From the NCBI GenBank assembly GCA_963791815.1, contig CAWBTT010000002.1:472086-536085 (forward strand): 64,000 bases of DNA. Reading direction: 5' to 3'. This DNA comes from an uncultured Candidatus Micrarchaeota archaeon (GTDB taxonomy: Archaea; Micrarchaeota; Micrarchaeia; Anstonellales; Bilamarchaeaceae). Shown here one piece after another: positions 38,457 through 48,548 of the stretch; positions within the stretch are counted from its first letter, which is position 1, and each line of letters opens with the position of its first letter. Position numbers and translations under genes: made by a program. The notes beneath the pieces are model-generated. The model made no database searches, had not been told where the DNA came from, and was given only the letters and a program-made list of their open reading frames with translations.

Positions 38457-38936
38457 ATGACTGTGCTTAGATTCGGTTCACAACCTGCGCCAACTCGCAG
38501 TGTGAGCCAGCTTAAGGAAACTTACGAGCTGCTTCGAACAACACTCAAAGGAAAACGAATCATGTCTGTGACTGAAGCCAGATATCTTGAGACTGAGCGC
38601 CGGCTCTTTGCCAAGATGGCCGAGCGGTTGGAACTAGGTGCGGATGTGGTTTCCTATTCGCAATTCATGGAAAATCCAAAATCTTTGGAAGCAGACATCA
38701 TATTGCTAAGAACGTCCAAACTCTTTGTGGTTTGTTTACCCGAGATTCTTGGTGCTCTTGAAGAATTCCGCAGGAAAAACTCTGGCAGCGCAATCATAGC
38801 ATCAGTACTTGACCACAATGCATTCGATGTTCTCACATCAAGGCCAGATTTGGTCAACATGGTTGATGCCGGCGCCGCTACAAACGACCACGAACTTCTG
38901 CGCAAAGGGGCAGAGGTTCTTGAGCGCATATCGTAA
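38457..38936 (+). CDS. Hypothetical protein
   Basis: 159-aa ORF with coding-like composition. No motif recognised. Confidence 0.35.
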   Translation: MTVLRFGSQPAPTRSVSQLKETYELLRTTLKGKRIMSVTEARYLETERRLFAKMAERLELGADVVSYSQFMENPKSLEADIILLRTSKLFVVCLPEILGALEEFRRKNSGSAIIASVLDHNAFDVLTSRPDLVNMVDAGAATNDHELLRKGAEVLERIS

Positions 38937-38973
38937 GCTTTTAATGCTGTTGCGACATGATTACTCCCTAATT

Positions 38974-39046
38974 GGGCTCGTAGTCGAATGGTTAAGACGT
39001 TACCTTGACATGGTAAAGATTCCCAGTTCGATCCTGGGCGGGCCCA
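38974..39046 (+). tRNA. tRNA-Val (anticodon GAC)
   Basis: Cloverleaf folded by hand: acceptor GGGCTCG/CGGGCCC, anticodon stem TTACC/GGTAA with loop TTGACAT, T-arm CCCAG-TTCGATC-CTGGG, discriminator A, no encoded CCA. Followed by the T-rich tract ttctgtttttcggggg. Confidence 0.85.
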
Positions 39047-39062
39047 TTCTGTTTTTCGGGGG
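39047..39062 (+). terminator. Oligo-T tract downstream of tRNA-Val (archaeal-type terminator)
   Basis: ttctgtttttcggggg immediately 3' of the tRNA. Confidence 0.4.
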
Positions 39063-39067
39063 AAAAG

Positions 39068-39652
39068 ATGAAACTTGTTGAACTTTCCGTGCGGATAGAT
39101 GAGAACACTTCGGTTTATCCAGGCGACCCAAAACCCAAAATAGAGCGTACTGAGACCTTAGAGACAGTTGGCTGGAATGTCAAACGTTTCACTTTCAATT
39201 CTCACTTCGCAACCCACATCGATGCCCCATATCACATGCTGAAAGATGGAAAGAAACTGGATGGGCTTCCTCTTGAGACATTTGCCGGAGCCGGCGTTAT
39301 TCTGGATGCATGCAAACCAAAACTCTCACTTGTAAAAGAGGGGGATATCGTCTTCTTCTGCACCTGCAACGAAGTTGAGCAGGAATATTATGAGGATAAA
39401 CTTGCAATCACAAAGGAAACCGCGCAGGCACTTGTGAATAAGAAAATCAAGATGGTAGGGTTTGATTTACCGGGGCCCGATTTTCCGCCATATGAATTGC
39501 ACACCCTTTTCTTCAAAAACAACATTCCAATCGTGGAGAATCTTGTGAACCTGAAAAAACTAATCAACACCCGCTGCAAACTCTTTGCGCTTCCTCTTTT
39601 CATAAGGGATTCTGACGGGGCGCCATGCAGGGCAATAGCGGTTCTTGACTAA
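39068..39652 (+). CDS. Cyclase-family protein (kynurenine formamidase-like, PF04199-type)
   Basis: HFATHIDAPYHM matches the HxGTHxDAPxH cyclase motif. Confidence 0.75.
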   Translation: MKLVELSVRIDENTSVYPGDPKPKIERTETLETVGWNVKRFTFNSHFATHIDAPYHMLKDGKKLDGLPLETFAGAGVILDACKPKLSLVKEGDIVFFCTCNEVEQEYYEDKLAITKETAQALVNKKIKMVGFDLPGPDFPPYELHTLFFKNNIPIVENLVNLKKLINTRCKLFALPLFIRDSDGAPCRAIAVLD

Positions 39653-40335
39653 CTCATATAGAATTCTCTTTTCTTCTTGCTGAATTTCTCAATTGCGTAT
39701 CTGAGCATAGTGCGCGGCATCTTCTTGAAGTGTTTTTTGAGGAACTTTTCTTCCTCATCCTGGTCTTTTTTGCCAACTTCCCTGAGCATCCATCCTACTG
39801 CCTTGTGGATTAAATCATGTTCATCATTAAGGAGCATCTCAGATATCTTCAACGTGTCAGCAAAATCGCCATCTCGGATAAATGCATATGTTGAAACAAT
39901 CGCTATCCTTCTTTCCCAGAGATTTTTCGACCTTGCCAATTTTTTCAGAATTGCCCGGTTCTTCTTGAGCAAATGGGCCCCGACAACCTTTGGGGCAGAG
40001 AGGTCAACCAAATCCCAGTTGTTTACTTTCCTGGCATTTTGCAAATAGAACTCAAAGATTCTCTTTTGTTCCTTTTCATCTCCTTTGGGGTATTTCTCAA
40101 CAAGCACCAGGAGCGCGGCGAGCCTGTGCTCATGGATTTTGCTGTTCAGTAGTTTCTGCAATTCAACTAGTTTCAGGTCCTTGTGCTTCTTCGCAACCCT
40201 TCTGGTTTCCGGGACCACGACTCCAAGAAAAACATCTCCCTCTCCATATTCCCCCGTTCCTGTTTTGAAAAACCGCGAGAGCACCTTTGCCTTTTCCGGA
40301 TTCCCAAGTTCCTTGAGGTCCTTTTCAATCTGCAT
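39649..40335 (-). CDS. DNA alkylation repair protein (AlkD/AlkC-type HEAT-repeat DNA glycosylase family)
   Basis: NWDLVDLSAPKVVG ... WERRIAIVSTYAF ... HDLIHKAVGWMLREVGK, characteristic of the DNA_alkylation family. Confidence 0.75.
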   Translation of the reverse strand: MQIEKDLKELGNPEKAKVLSRFFKTGTGEYGEGDVFLGVVVPETRRVAKKHKDLKLVELQKLLNSKIHEHRLAALLVLVEKYPKGDEKEQKRIFEFYLQNARKVNNWDLVDLSAPKVVGAHLLKKNRAILKKLARSKNLWERRIAIVSTYAFIRDGDFADTLKISEMLLNDEHDLIHKAVGWMLREVGKKDQDEEEKFLKKHFKKMPRTMLRYAIEKFSKKKREFYMS

Positions 40336-40475
40336 GCTCTCCTTTCCACTGCCCGTTTTATAATTATTTCAGTGGTATTTTGTCAAAAAACATGCATTTA
40401 TAATAAGTTCTGGACATATGATAATATGAGCTCAACGCGGCTCGCATTGACCAACCCACCGAATTTTCGCCAATA

Positions 40476-42080
40476 TTAGCGGGTCGCGCTTTTCTTGCAT
40501 GCTTTAATGAACTCCACAATTATTGGCGCGGGGGCATCTAACCTGCTTTTCAATTCAATATGCGCTTGTGTAGCAATTCCAAATCCGCCTTTCCATTCTG
40601 CAATCTCAACAACATTGTTCTTTGGGTGGACTCCGGAGATTACGAGCCCTTTCTCTTCAAGCTGCGCAACATATTCCGGATTGACTTCATATCTGTGCCT
40701 GTGCCGTTCTGAAATCATCTTTTCCCCATATGCCCTTGCTGCTATCGTGTTTTCCTTAACAACACAATCATATGCCCCGAGCCTCATGGTTCCCCCTTTC
40801 TTAGAAATCTGCTGCTGCTCAGGAAGTATATCAATCACTGGGTGCTCTGCTTTCTTGTCAAACTCTGTTGAATATGCTTTTCCAAACCCGCAGACATTCC
40901 TTGCATACTCAATCACCATGAGCTGCACTCCAAGGCACAGCCCGACAAATGGGACACTGTTCTTTCTTGCATACTCGATTGCGCGGATTTTCCCCTCAAT
41001 TCCCCGTGTTCCAAATCCGCCTGGAATTACAATTCCATCATACTCAGAAAGGGTTGGGACAACACTGTCCATATTCTCAAGGTCGCTTCCCTCAAGCCAG
41101 CCTATCTCCAACCCGCAGTTTTCTGCTGCGGCGCTGTGCACAAGGGCTTCCTTTACACTCACATAAGCGTCTTTGACAGCAGTGTACTTTCCAACAATCG
41201 CTATTTTGATTGGTTTCTCTTTTGGCCTGACAATCTTGTTAACTCTCTTTTGCCATTCCTTTAGTTCTCCTTCCTTGTCTTTCAGGCCAAGAACTTTGGC
41301 AAGCTGGGAATACATGCCCTGTTTTTCCAGGACAAGCGGAAGTTCATAAACAGTCTGCAGCATCGGGTCATCAAACACCGCCTCTTCAGGAACATTGCAG
41401 TAAGTGCTGATTTTTTTCCTCGATTCTGCCGTAAGTTTTTCCTGCTCCCTGCACACAATAATGTCTGGCTGGATTCCAAGGCTTTGGAGCAGCCTTGTTG
41501 CGTGCTGTGTAGGTTTCGTCTTCTGTTCGCCCGGGCTCAGGCTCGGGACATAAGTTAGCTGAATAAACGCCATATTGTCCTGCTCAAAATTCATCTGCCT
41601 CATCGCTTCAATGAAATATCCGTTTTCTAAATCTCCAACTGTTCCGCCGATTTCAATCAGTCCGATGTCAGCCCCCTCGGTTGCCACTGCTATCCTTTTC
41701 TTGATTTCTTCAGTTAGGTGCGGTACAATCTGGACATCCCTGCCAAGGTAATCTCCCTTTCTTTCCTTCTCTATTATTGTCTTGAACAGTTTTCCTCCGG
41801 TAATCGATGAAGTTCCTTCTATCGACTGGTTGAGGAATCTCTCATAAGTGCCGAAATCCATGTCTACTTCAGTTCCGTCATCAAGGACAAACACCTCGCC
41901 GTGGCGGAATGGGTTCATGGTTCCGCAGTCCACATTCAGGTACCCGTCAAACTTGATTGGCACTACCTTGTAGCCTCTTGCTTTCAGAAGCCGCGCGATA
42001 GAAGAAGAAACAATGCCTTTTCCCAAGCCGGACATGATGGAACCGGCAATTACAATGAACTTAGTCTTTTTCTCAGGCAT
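40476..42080 (-). CDS. pyrG: CTP synthase
   Basis: N-terminal synthetase domain IVIAGSIMSGLGKGIVSSSIARLL, C-terminal GATase GLCLGVQLMVIE, 534 aa. Confidence 0.95.
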   Translation of the reverse strand: MPEKKTKFIVIAGSIMSGLGKGIVSSSIARLLKARGYKVVPIKFDGYLNVDCGTMNPFRHGEVFVLDDGTEVDMDFGTYERFLNQSIEGTSSITGGKLFKTIIEKERKGDYLGRDVQIVPHLTEEIKKRIAVATEGADIGLIEIGGTVGDLENGYFIEAMRQMNFEQDNMAFIQLTYVPSLSPGEQKTKPTQHATRLLQSLGIQPDIIVCREQEKLTAESRKKISTYCNVPEEAVFDDPMLQTVYELPLVLEKQGMYSQLAKVLGLKDKEGELKEWQKRVNKIVRPKEKPIKIAIVGKYTAVKDAYVSVKEALVHSAAAENCGLEIGWLEGSDLENMDSVVPTLSEYDGIVIPGGFGTRGIEGKIRAIEYARKNSVPFVGLCLGVQLMVIEYARNVCGFGKAYSTEFDKKAEHPVIDILPEQQQISKKGGTMRLGAYDCVVKENTIAARAYGEKMISERHRHRYEVNPEYVAQLEEKGLVISGVHPKNNVVEIAEWKGGFGIATQAHIELKSRLDAPAPIIVEFIKACKKSATR

Positions 42081-42131
42081 AGGAAAACTGTGACGGATAG
42101 TGTTTTTAAACTTAACAACGTCCCCCTATGC

Positions 42132-43196
42132 ATGGCAAGGAAAAGGTCTGACAAAACAGGGCTCCCGCCAGGAACCCCAGTTCTCACCGATGATGATACT
42201 GAGCCCTCAAGAATCACTATCCTTGACTATGACCCAAAAGATTTCACTGAGTTTGAGCCCAAAACCGTGGACGAATTCCTTGAGCACATGAAAAAGAAGA
42301 AAAGCGTCACCTGGGTCAATGTGGACGGGCTCAAAGATACTGCAATGCTCCAGAAGCTCTGCGAGGAATTCAACATCCACCCCCTTGTTCTTGAAGACAT
42401 TCTCGCGACCGACCAGCGGCCAAAGGTCGAGGACTATGGGGATTATCTTTACATAGTCACACGCATGCTTGATTTCGATAAAAGAAAAAAACGCATCTCA
42501 TCTGAACAGATTAGCATCATACTCACACCAACATTTGTCATATCCATCCAGGAGAAAAAGGGCGACATATTCGACTCAATAAGAAACCAAATCCGCAACA
42601 ACAAGGGCAAACTGAGGAAAACTGGCCCTGACTTCCTTGCATACTCTATCCTGGACCGCACCGTTGACCATTATTTCATAATACTCGAACAGCTCGGCGA
42701 ACGCATAGAGTTCATGGAGGAGGAGCTTGTGCGCTCTCCAACCCCAAAAACCTTGCACCAGATTCACCGCATGAAAAGGGACATGGTGATGCTCCGAAAA
42801 TCCGTCTGGCCAATGAGGGAGCTTGTCAGCGGCCTTGAGCGCGAGGGCCGTGGAAGCTCCAAGCTCATCAAGAAAGGGACAGCGATTTACCTGCGCGATT
42901 TATACGACCACACAATCCAGGTGATTGATACTATCGAGACATACAGGGACATAGTCTCAGGAATGCTTGACATATATCTCTCCAGCATCAGCTACCGGCT
43001 TAATGAGGTCATGAAAGTTCTCACCATAATCGGAACAATCTTCATCCCGCTCACTTTCGTGACCGGGCTTTACGGTATGAATTTCCAGTTCATGCCTGAG
43101 CTTTCGCATCCGCTCGGATACCCGGCGGTGCTCATCATAATGCTTATTTTGGGCATACTTATGCTCATCTTCTTCAAGCGAAAGAAATGGTTCTGA
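42132..43196 (+). CDS. corA: Magnesium/cobalt transporter CorA
   Basis: YGMNFQFMPEL (GMN motif) followed by two C-terminal TM helices. Start taken at MARKRSD. The ORF track start at 41901 overlaps pyrG and is not credible. A TATA-like gtttttaaac sits about 25 nt upstream. Confidence 0.9.
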   Translation: MARKRSDKTGLPPGTPVLTDDDTEPSRITILDYDPKDFTEFEPKTVDEFLEHMKKKKSVTWVNVDGLKDTAMLQKLCEEFNIHPLVLEDILATDQRPKVEDYGDYLYIVTRMLDFDKRKKRISSEQISIILTPTFVISIQEKKGDIFDSIRNQIRNNKGKLRKTGPDFLAYSILDRTVDHYFIILEQLGERIEFMEEELVRSPTPKTLHQIHRMKRDMVMLRKSVWPMRELVSGLEREGRGSSKLIKKGTAIYLRDLYDHTIQVIDTIETYRDIVSGMLDIYLSSISYRLNEVMKVLTIIGTIFIPLTFVTGLYGMNFQFMPELSHPLGYPAVLIIMLILGILMLIFFKRKKWF

Positions 43197-43226
43197 AGGG
43201 AAAACGATATAAATCTCAGGGCAGTC

Positions 43227-44177
43227 GTGAATGGTATGCTTCAAAGGATATTCTTTCTCCTGATTCTGGTCGCCATCACGGGGGCCACTTGGTTCATATC
43301 ACAGCAGTACCCGCACCCGATGCTTGATAGCGCCATCAATACCCTTATGGCCCTCGCGATTCTCTACCTCGTATTCAAGGTAGTGCTTGACAAAGCGGTC
43401 GCCGACAAGCTTGACGATGCCAAGCTTCGCTATTCATTCCGCAAAGCTGTCTCCTTCGCATACATCGTCGTCCTTTTCATAGCGATTATAACGATTTGGA
43501 TACCGAATCCCGAAGCGCTCCTAGTCGCATACGGTCTCATGGCAGCAGGGATAGCAGTCGCGCTTTCCGATTTGTTCAAGAACCTTGCAGGGGGCATAAT
43601 CATTTTCTTCACAAGGCCGTTCACTGTGGGGGACAGGATTGAAATCAACAAAGAGTTCGGCGATGTGATTGATGTAGATTTGATGTACACCACCCTGATG
43701 GAAATCCGCGAATGGGTGGACGGGGACCAGGCCACAGGACGGCTGAACATAGTCCCAAACGGGCTGATTCTCACATCTGTAGTAAACAACTACACAAAGG
43801 ACAACCAGTTCATCTGGGACGAGATTACGATACCGGTCACATATGATAGTGATTGGAAAGCGGCCTCAAAACTCATGCTTGATGCGGTGAAGGGCGAAAC
43901 CGGGGATATAATCAAACAGTCCACAAAGGAATTCTCCCACCTCAAGGAAAAGTACTACCTGCAGAAAAAACCCGCCGAGCCCGGAGTTTTCGTTAAAATC
44001 ACTGACAACTGGATTCAGCTGGCTGTCCGTTATATGACCCCTGCCCGCTCAAGGCGCGCCCTGCACAACAAGCTGAGCAACATCATGCTGAACAAGATTG
44101 AGAAATCCAAGAAAATCACGGTGGCATCAGCAACTTATGAGATTGTTGGCATGCCTGAAATCCGGATGAAGAAGTGA
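43227..44177 (+). CDS. Small-conductance mechanosensitive channel (MscS family)
   Basis: Three N-terminal TM helices, pore helix GIAVALSDLFKNLAGGIIIFFTRPF, beta-domain VGDRIEI ... GDVIDVDLMYTTL. Confidence 0.85.
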   Translation: MNGMLQRIFFLLILVAITGATWFISQQYPHPMLDSAINTLMALAILYLVFKVVLDKAVADKLDDAKLRYSFRKAVSFAYIVVLFIAIITIWIPNPEALLVAYGLMAAGIAVALSDLFKNLAGGIIIFFTRPFTVGDRIEINKEFGDVIDVDLMYTTLMEIREWVDGDQATGRLNIVPNGLILTSVVNNYTKDNQFIWDEITIPVTYDSDWKAASKLMLDAVKGETGDIIKQSTKEFSHLKEKYYLQKKPAEPGVFVKITDNWIQLAVRYMTPARSRRALHNKLSNIMLNKIEKSKKITVASATYEIVGMPEIRMKK

Positions 44178-44181
44178 AGCG

Positions 44182-45150
44182 ATGCTCTTAGAACTCGGCA
44201 TTCTTCTCTTTTCCATTGCCGTTCTTTCTAAGGCCTCAGAGATGGTCATCACAAGCTCGGTCCGGCTCTCACGTTTCTTCAACATAAGCCAGGTTGCTGT
44301 CGGCTTCCTCATGGTCGCTGTTGCAACCAGCCTTCCAGAGCTCTCAGTGTCAGTCACATCATCTTTGGCTGGGGAGGGCGCAATATCCGCAGGAAACGTG
44401 TTCGGTTCAAATATTGCGAACATCCTTGTGATACTGGGCGCCGGGGCATTCCTTTACGGGATGAAAATCAACCGCTCCAGCCTCAAGGACATCGCGGCGG
44501 TTCTGCTCCTGACGACCCTTATCTCGATTTACATAATCTTTGGCGCCTCGGTCTCATCTGTCCCATTGGGGATATTGGAGGGCGCAGTCCTCCTCATCCT
44601 ATTCGCAGTTTATGTCTGGTGGGTGCTCAAGCGAAAGAAAAGTTTCAACGGAAGTTCAAAAACACCAATAACAAAGAAACAGGCTTTGAATTCTTTCCTG
44701 CATTTTGGCATCGGGATATTCCTTGTAATAGTCAGTTCTGCCTTCGCAGTTGACGCGGCCGTTACGCTTGCGGTTTCGCTCGGGCTCGCGCAGAGTTTCA
44801 TCGGCGCAACCCTGATTGCCATGGGCACTTCGCTTCCTGAACTTAGCACAGCGCTCCAAGCCCTTAGGAAAAAGCACTACGGCCTTGTCCTTGGCAACGC
44901 GGTTGGGAGCAACATGGCCAATATCACGGTTGTCCTTGGCGTGGCAGCATCGATAAATCCAATATCAGTGAAAATCCCCATATTCATCGCGGCGCTGCTC
45001 TTTGCAATAGTTGCAAATTCAATCCTTTTCTATTCGGCAGCAGTCAACCGCGGGATTGGCAAGTTCGGCGGAGCAGTCTACCTGCTTATCTATGCGGTAT
45101 ATATTATCGTGATATTCGGCCTGCAGGCAACTGAGGCAGGTGTCGTTTAA
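44182..45150 (+). CDS. Ca2+/cation antiporter (CaCA family, YrbG-like)
   Basis: Two alpha-repeat motifs GSNIANILVILGAGA and GSNMANITVVLGVAA, about 10 TM. Confidence 0.85.
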   Translation: MLLELGILLFSIAVLSKASEMVITSSVRLSRFFNISQVAVGFLMVAVATSLPELSVSVTSSLAGEGAISAGNVFGSNIANILVILGAGAFLYGMKINRSSLKDIAAVLLLTTLISIYIIFGASVSSVPLGILEGAVLLILFAVYVWWVLKRKKSFNGSSKTPITKKQALNSFLHFGIGIFLVIVSSAFAVDAAVTLAVSLGLAQSFIGATLIAMGTSLPELSTALQALRKKHYGLVLGNAVGSNMANITVVLGVAASINPISVKIPIFIAALLFAIVANSILFYSAAVNRGIGKFGGAVYLLIYAVYIIVIFGLQATEAGVV

Positions 45151-45176
45151 AACAGTTCAAACAACAAGGGAAAGTT

Positions 45177-45932
45177 ATGGAGGAGGAAGGACTACAGTGC
45201 TTTGTTTGCTCAAGAAGAACAACGGACCCCTACTATGTGAACGGGGTTCCCCTCTGCTCAACCTGCAGCACTCAGAAATCTGCAGAGGCTGAGAAGAGAT
45301 ACTGCAGCCGATGCACCGCATCTTCGGCCAACTCCATCATCCTTTACACCCAATACGGGCTGCTTTGCTCAACCTGCCGCTCAGAAGTTCGTGCTGTGGA
45401 GAAACCAACAGAATCGGTTCGTTTGCGCAGGCTTCTCAATGGGGCAATAGTCAAATTCTACAAGAATGGTAGGGAAGACGATTACCACGAGGAGCAATCT
45501 TCATTGCCGCTTATGCAGACTGCGGTGCACATTGCCCTGATTATCGCGCTCGTAGTTCTGCCTGTTTTTTCTGTTAACCCGCTCATCTTAGCTCTTGAAC
45601 TCAGCATCGTCATCGCCCTTGTTCTTCTTCTCGTTTCATTCCTATGGATAAGAATCAAAATCTATGATGATGAAATCCGCTGCCTCTACGGCCCATTCAC
45701 ATACTCGATAAACAAGTGCGACCTTGAGCAGGTTGAAATCATCACTCCGCAAAACTACCTTGCCTATGGAATGATGATTAGAAGGAATCCGCATGGGTGG
45801 GTCTTGAAATTCATCCGCGGCCCAGGCCCTGGGATATTAATCAGAAAGAAATCCGGCCTCTTCCGCTCAGTTTTCATCAGCAGCAGCGACCCTGTGAACC
45901 TGCTGCAGAAAATCGCGAAGAAGCTCTGTTAG
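45177..45932 (+). CDS. Hypothetical protein with N-terminal double zinc-ribbon and two TM helices
   Basis: CFVCS ... CSTCS and CSRCT ... CSTCR Cys pairs, then a hydrophobic segment. Confidence 0.45.
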   Translation: MEEEGLQCFVCSRRTTDPYYVNGVPLCSTCSTQKSAEAEKRYCSRCTASSANSIILYTQYGLLCSTCRSEVRAVEKPTESVRLRRLLNGAIVKFYKNGREDDYHEEQSSLPLMQTAVHIALIIALVVLPVFSVNPLILALELSIVIALVLLLVSFLWIRIKIYDDEIRCLYGPFTYSINKCDLEQVEIITPQNYLAYGMMIRRNPHGWVLKFIRGPGPGILIRKKSGLFRSVFISSSDPVNLLQKIAKKLC

Positions 45933-45970
45933 CCGTCTCCATTTTAATATCTTATCCGGTTATTTCTTTT

Positions 45971-47704
45971 ATGTCGGTAAAAGTTTTATTTTCATTATCC
46001 ATAGTTTTGATTTTTCTTCTTGGCTGCGTTTCAGCACCTCCAGAAGATGTTTCGCCGCGTGACCTTGAAATCCGCATAAATAATGGCAAGGCCGCAACTG
46101 CCTCAGCAGATGTCCAGCTTTCCCTTTTCGCGCGCCACGCTGCTGACTGCCGCATCTCAAATGATGGTTCTTCTTGGGGTCCATGGGAGAGTTACTCAAT
46201 TGACAAATCCTGGACACTTGATGGCGCGGATGGCCTGAAGCAGGTCTTCTACCAGTGCCGCAACTCTGCAGGAGAACTCTCATCAACAGTATCAGAATCA
46301 ATAGAGCTTGACTCAACACACCCAACAATATCGCTCTCGAGCCCCGAATCCGGAAAAACATATTACAACTCTGTTGAGCTTGCATTCAATGTGAGCGACC
46401 CTGCCTCAGACACGGTTAAGTGCAGCGCAACCATCGGAAACACGGTGCAGGAACTTGGCATCCTTCATACTGACAAGCCGCAGAGCGTCCTGATTAGCCT
46501 TTCTACGGGTGAAAAATCATTATCACTCACCTGCAGCGATGGCGTCCACTCAACATCGAAAAACATTTCATTTACAATGAAAAAGAAGCCCGTGGTCACA
46601 GTCCGTATCAATGGCGGCTCTGATTATACCGAGAGCAAAAACGTTACATTGGACTTGAGTTCGGCAACTGCAACCGAGTGCCGTTTCTCAAGAGGCCAAA
46701 CACAATGGAGCAACTGGGAGCCCTATACTGGAAGCGCCGCTTGGATTCTCAAGGGCAATGACGGAAACAAGAGGGCATATGCCCAGTGCCGCGATTCAAA
46801 CGGCATCGAATCTGAAATCGCAGAAGACACAATAATCCTCGATACCCAGCCTCCGCCCTACATTTCGCTAAGCATAAACAACCACGCGGCCTGGACTTTC
46901 TCGCAGGATGTGGCTCTTGGACTTTATGCATATTCTGCCAAGGAATGCAGATTCTCAAACGACGGCCAAAGCTGGAGTGCCTGGGAGGCATACTCGACAA
47001 AGAAAACCTGGAAGCTAACCGACGGCGAAGGGGAGAAAACAGTCCATTATGAGTGCAGGAACAAAAGCGGGGGCGATTTGGGCATAGTCTCAACAAAGAT
47101 TAACTACTCGACAATTCCCCCCACTTCTCCATCTGCATTGAGCATCCAAATAAACAACGGCGAGGAATACACATCCTCGGAAAACATGCAGCTTTCTCTG
47201 AGTGCTGCCGGCGCGTTTGAATGCCGGCTTCGCGAAGGCAGCCTGGACTGGAGCGCCTGGGAAAATTTTGTTGATGCAAAGACATTCAAGATTACTGGAA
47301 ACGACGGGGCAAAGACAATCTACTACCAGTGCAGGAACAGCCACGGAAGCACAACCGTCTTTGACCGCATCTATCTGGACAGGGGCGCACCCTCACAGGT
47401 TAAAAGCCTGAAAGCAGCTGCAAGTCCGTATTCTGTTGTACTTAGCTGGGGAGCAGCCTCTGATTCTGGAAGCGGCATCGAGTCCTACTCGGTTTTCAGG
47501 AAAGTGGACAGTGCATGGAAGTGGATTGGTTCTGTTTCAGGCCTTAGTTTCAAGGATGAGGGGGTAGTGTCAGGAGAATCTTACGAATATAGGGTGGGCG
47601 CTCTTGATTACAACCGAAACGCTGGCTCATTCTCCGAGGTGAATGTGCAGGTTCCTGTTGAAGGCGAAAGTGGTATTTTGCGAGTATCCGGCGAGCCTTC
47701 TTGA
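45971..47704 (+). CDS. Lipobox surface protein with four tandem ~90-aa two-Cys domains and a C-terminal fibronectin-III-like domain
   Basis: Signal plus LLGC lipobox. Repeats share INNG..YT.S..V.L.LSA..A.ECR(F/L)S.DG..WS.WE.Y...K.W.L.G.DG.K..YYQCRN. The C-terminus YSVVLSWGAASDSGSGIESYSVFRK ... YEYRV is FN3-like. Start taken at MSVKVLFSL. The ORF track N-terminal extension overlaps the previous gene. Confidence 0.55.
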   Translation: MSVKVLFSLSIVLIFLLGCVSAPPEDVSPRDLEIRINNGKAATASADVQLSLFARHAADCRISNDGSSWGPWESYSIDKSWTLDGADGLKQVFYQCRNSAGELSSTVSESIELDSTHPTISLSSPESGKTYYNSVELAFNVSDPASDTVKCSATIGNTVQELGILHTDKPQSVLISLSTGEKSLSLTCSDGVHSTSKNISFTMKKKPVVTVRINGGSDYTESKNVTLDLSSATATECRFSRGQTQWSNWEPYTGSAAWILKGNDGNKRAYAQCRDSNGIESEIAEDTIILDTQPPPYISLSINNHAAWTFSQDVALGLYAYSAKECRFSNDGQSWSAWEAYSTKKTWKLTDGEGEKTVHYECRNKSGGDLGIVSTKINYSTIPPTSPSALSIQINNGEEYTSSENMQLSLSAAGAFECRLREGSLDWSAWENFVDAKTFKITGNDGAKTIYYQCRNSHGSTTVFDRIYLDRGAPSQVKSLKAAASPYSVVLSWGAASDSGSGIESYSVFRKVDSAWKWIGSVSGLSFKDEGVVSGESYEYRVGALDYNRNAGSFSEVNVQVPVEGESGILRVSGEPS

Positions 47705-47745
47705 TTAAAGTGGGGGCTACTTTCCAAAAGGCAATCTCCTGAGGA

Positions 47746-48435
47746 TTAGATTCTGTTCAAAGACTCTTTGATGTCCTCAACAGACATCCTGGTCACAATC
47801 ATCGGGATTCTCTCCCGGTCAGAAATTTTCATGGCCAGTTTGTCCACCTTATCCGGCTCAATATTATGCAATACAATTGCAGAAGGCTTTGAAGGACTGA
47901 CCCTTACGACTACGAACGGGCTCCTCCCAGTTGAAATCCCGGTGAAGATGAAAACCCTCTGGTTGACATTGCCATAAAGGTTCTGGAAATATGAGAATGG
48001 CATATCAAGAATCACCTTGATGCTGTCTATCAAAGTATATCCATAGATTTTCTTAGCCTCAAGTATGTCTGCGTTTGTCAGAACTTTGCCCCCAATCAGT
48101 TCAACAAAATCTTTCAGCGAAATCGACCTTGCAAACTCATGCACTTCGAAATATTCGCTGACTGGCTTCTCCTTCTCCCTGAACTTGGATGCGATGTGCC
48201 CGCCCTTTGTCTGGTCAATATCAAAAAGGGCCATGACAAATCTTCTCACTACATGGGTTCCAGGGGATTTCCTCCTGTTGCCTTCGTAGTCGCTGATAGT
48301 AGAAACAGTGATTCCAAGATGCTTTGCAAGTTCTACTTGTGAAATGCTGAATATCTCTCTCCACTTCCTCATGGTCGCCCCTGGGTCATCTGAGAGTGAA
48401 ATTTCGCCCGCAATCTCCATCTTTATTTTTTCCAT
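47746..48435 (-). CDS. HTH XRE-family (Cro/C1-type) DNA-binding protein with uncharacterised C-terminal domain
   Basis: ISQVELAKHLGITVSTISDYEGNRRKS helix-turn-helix near the N-terminus. Confidence 0.55.
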   Translation of the reverse strand: MEKIKMEIAGEISLSDDPGATMRKWREIFSISQVELAKHLGITVSTISDYEGNRRKSPGTHVVRRFVMALFDIDQTKGGHIASKFREKEKPVSEYFEVHEFARSISLKDFVELIGGKVLTNADILEAKKIYGYTLIDSIKVILDMPFSYFQNLYGNVNQRVFIFTGISTGRSPFVVVRVSPSKPSAIVLHNIEPDKVDKLAMKISDRERIPMIVTRMSVEDIKESLNRI

Positions 48436-48548
48436 TGCAACCTTACTTTTCCTCTAAACTCTTAAATAGATTCCGTCTATTGCCAACCTCCCCTTCGGCA
48501 TTCTGCGTCATGACTAAGGATTAAAAACCAAATAGCCAAGAGTAGTCC

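Noticed and set aside
38809-39081. 90-aa ORF spanning the tRNA-Val gene
   Set aside because: Overlaps a confidently folded tRNA and its terminator. Spurious.
41901-42131. N-terminal 77-aa extension of the CorA ORF overlapping pyrG on the opposite strand
   Set aside because: pyrG occupies this region. CorA homology begins at MARKRSD (42132) and a TATA-like element lies just upstream of that Met.
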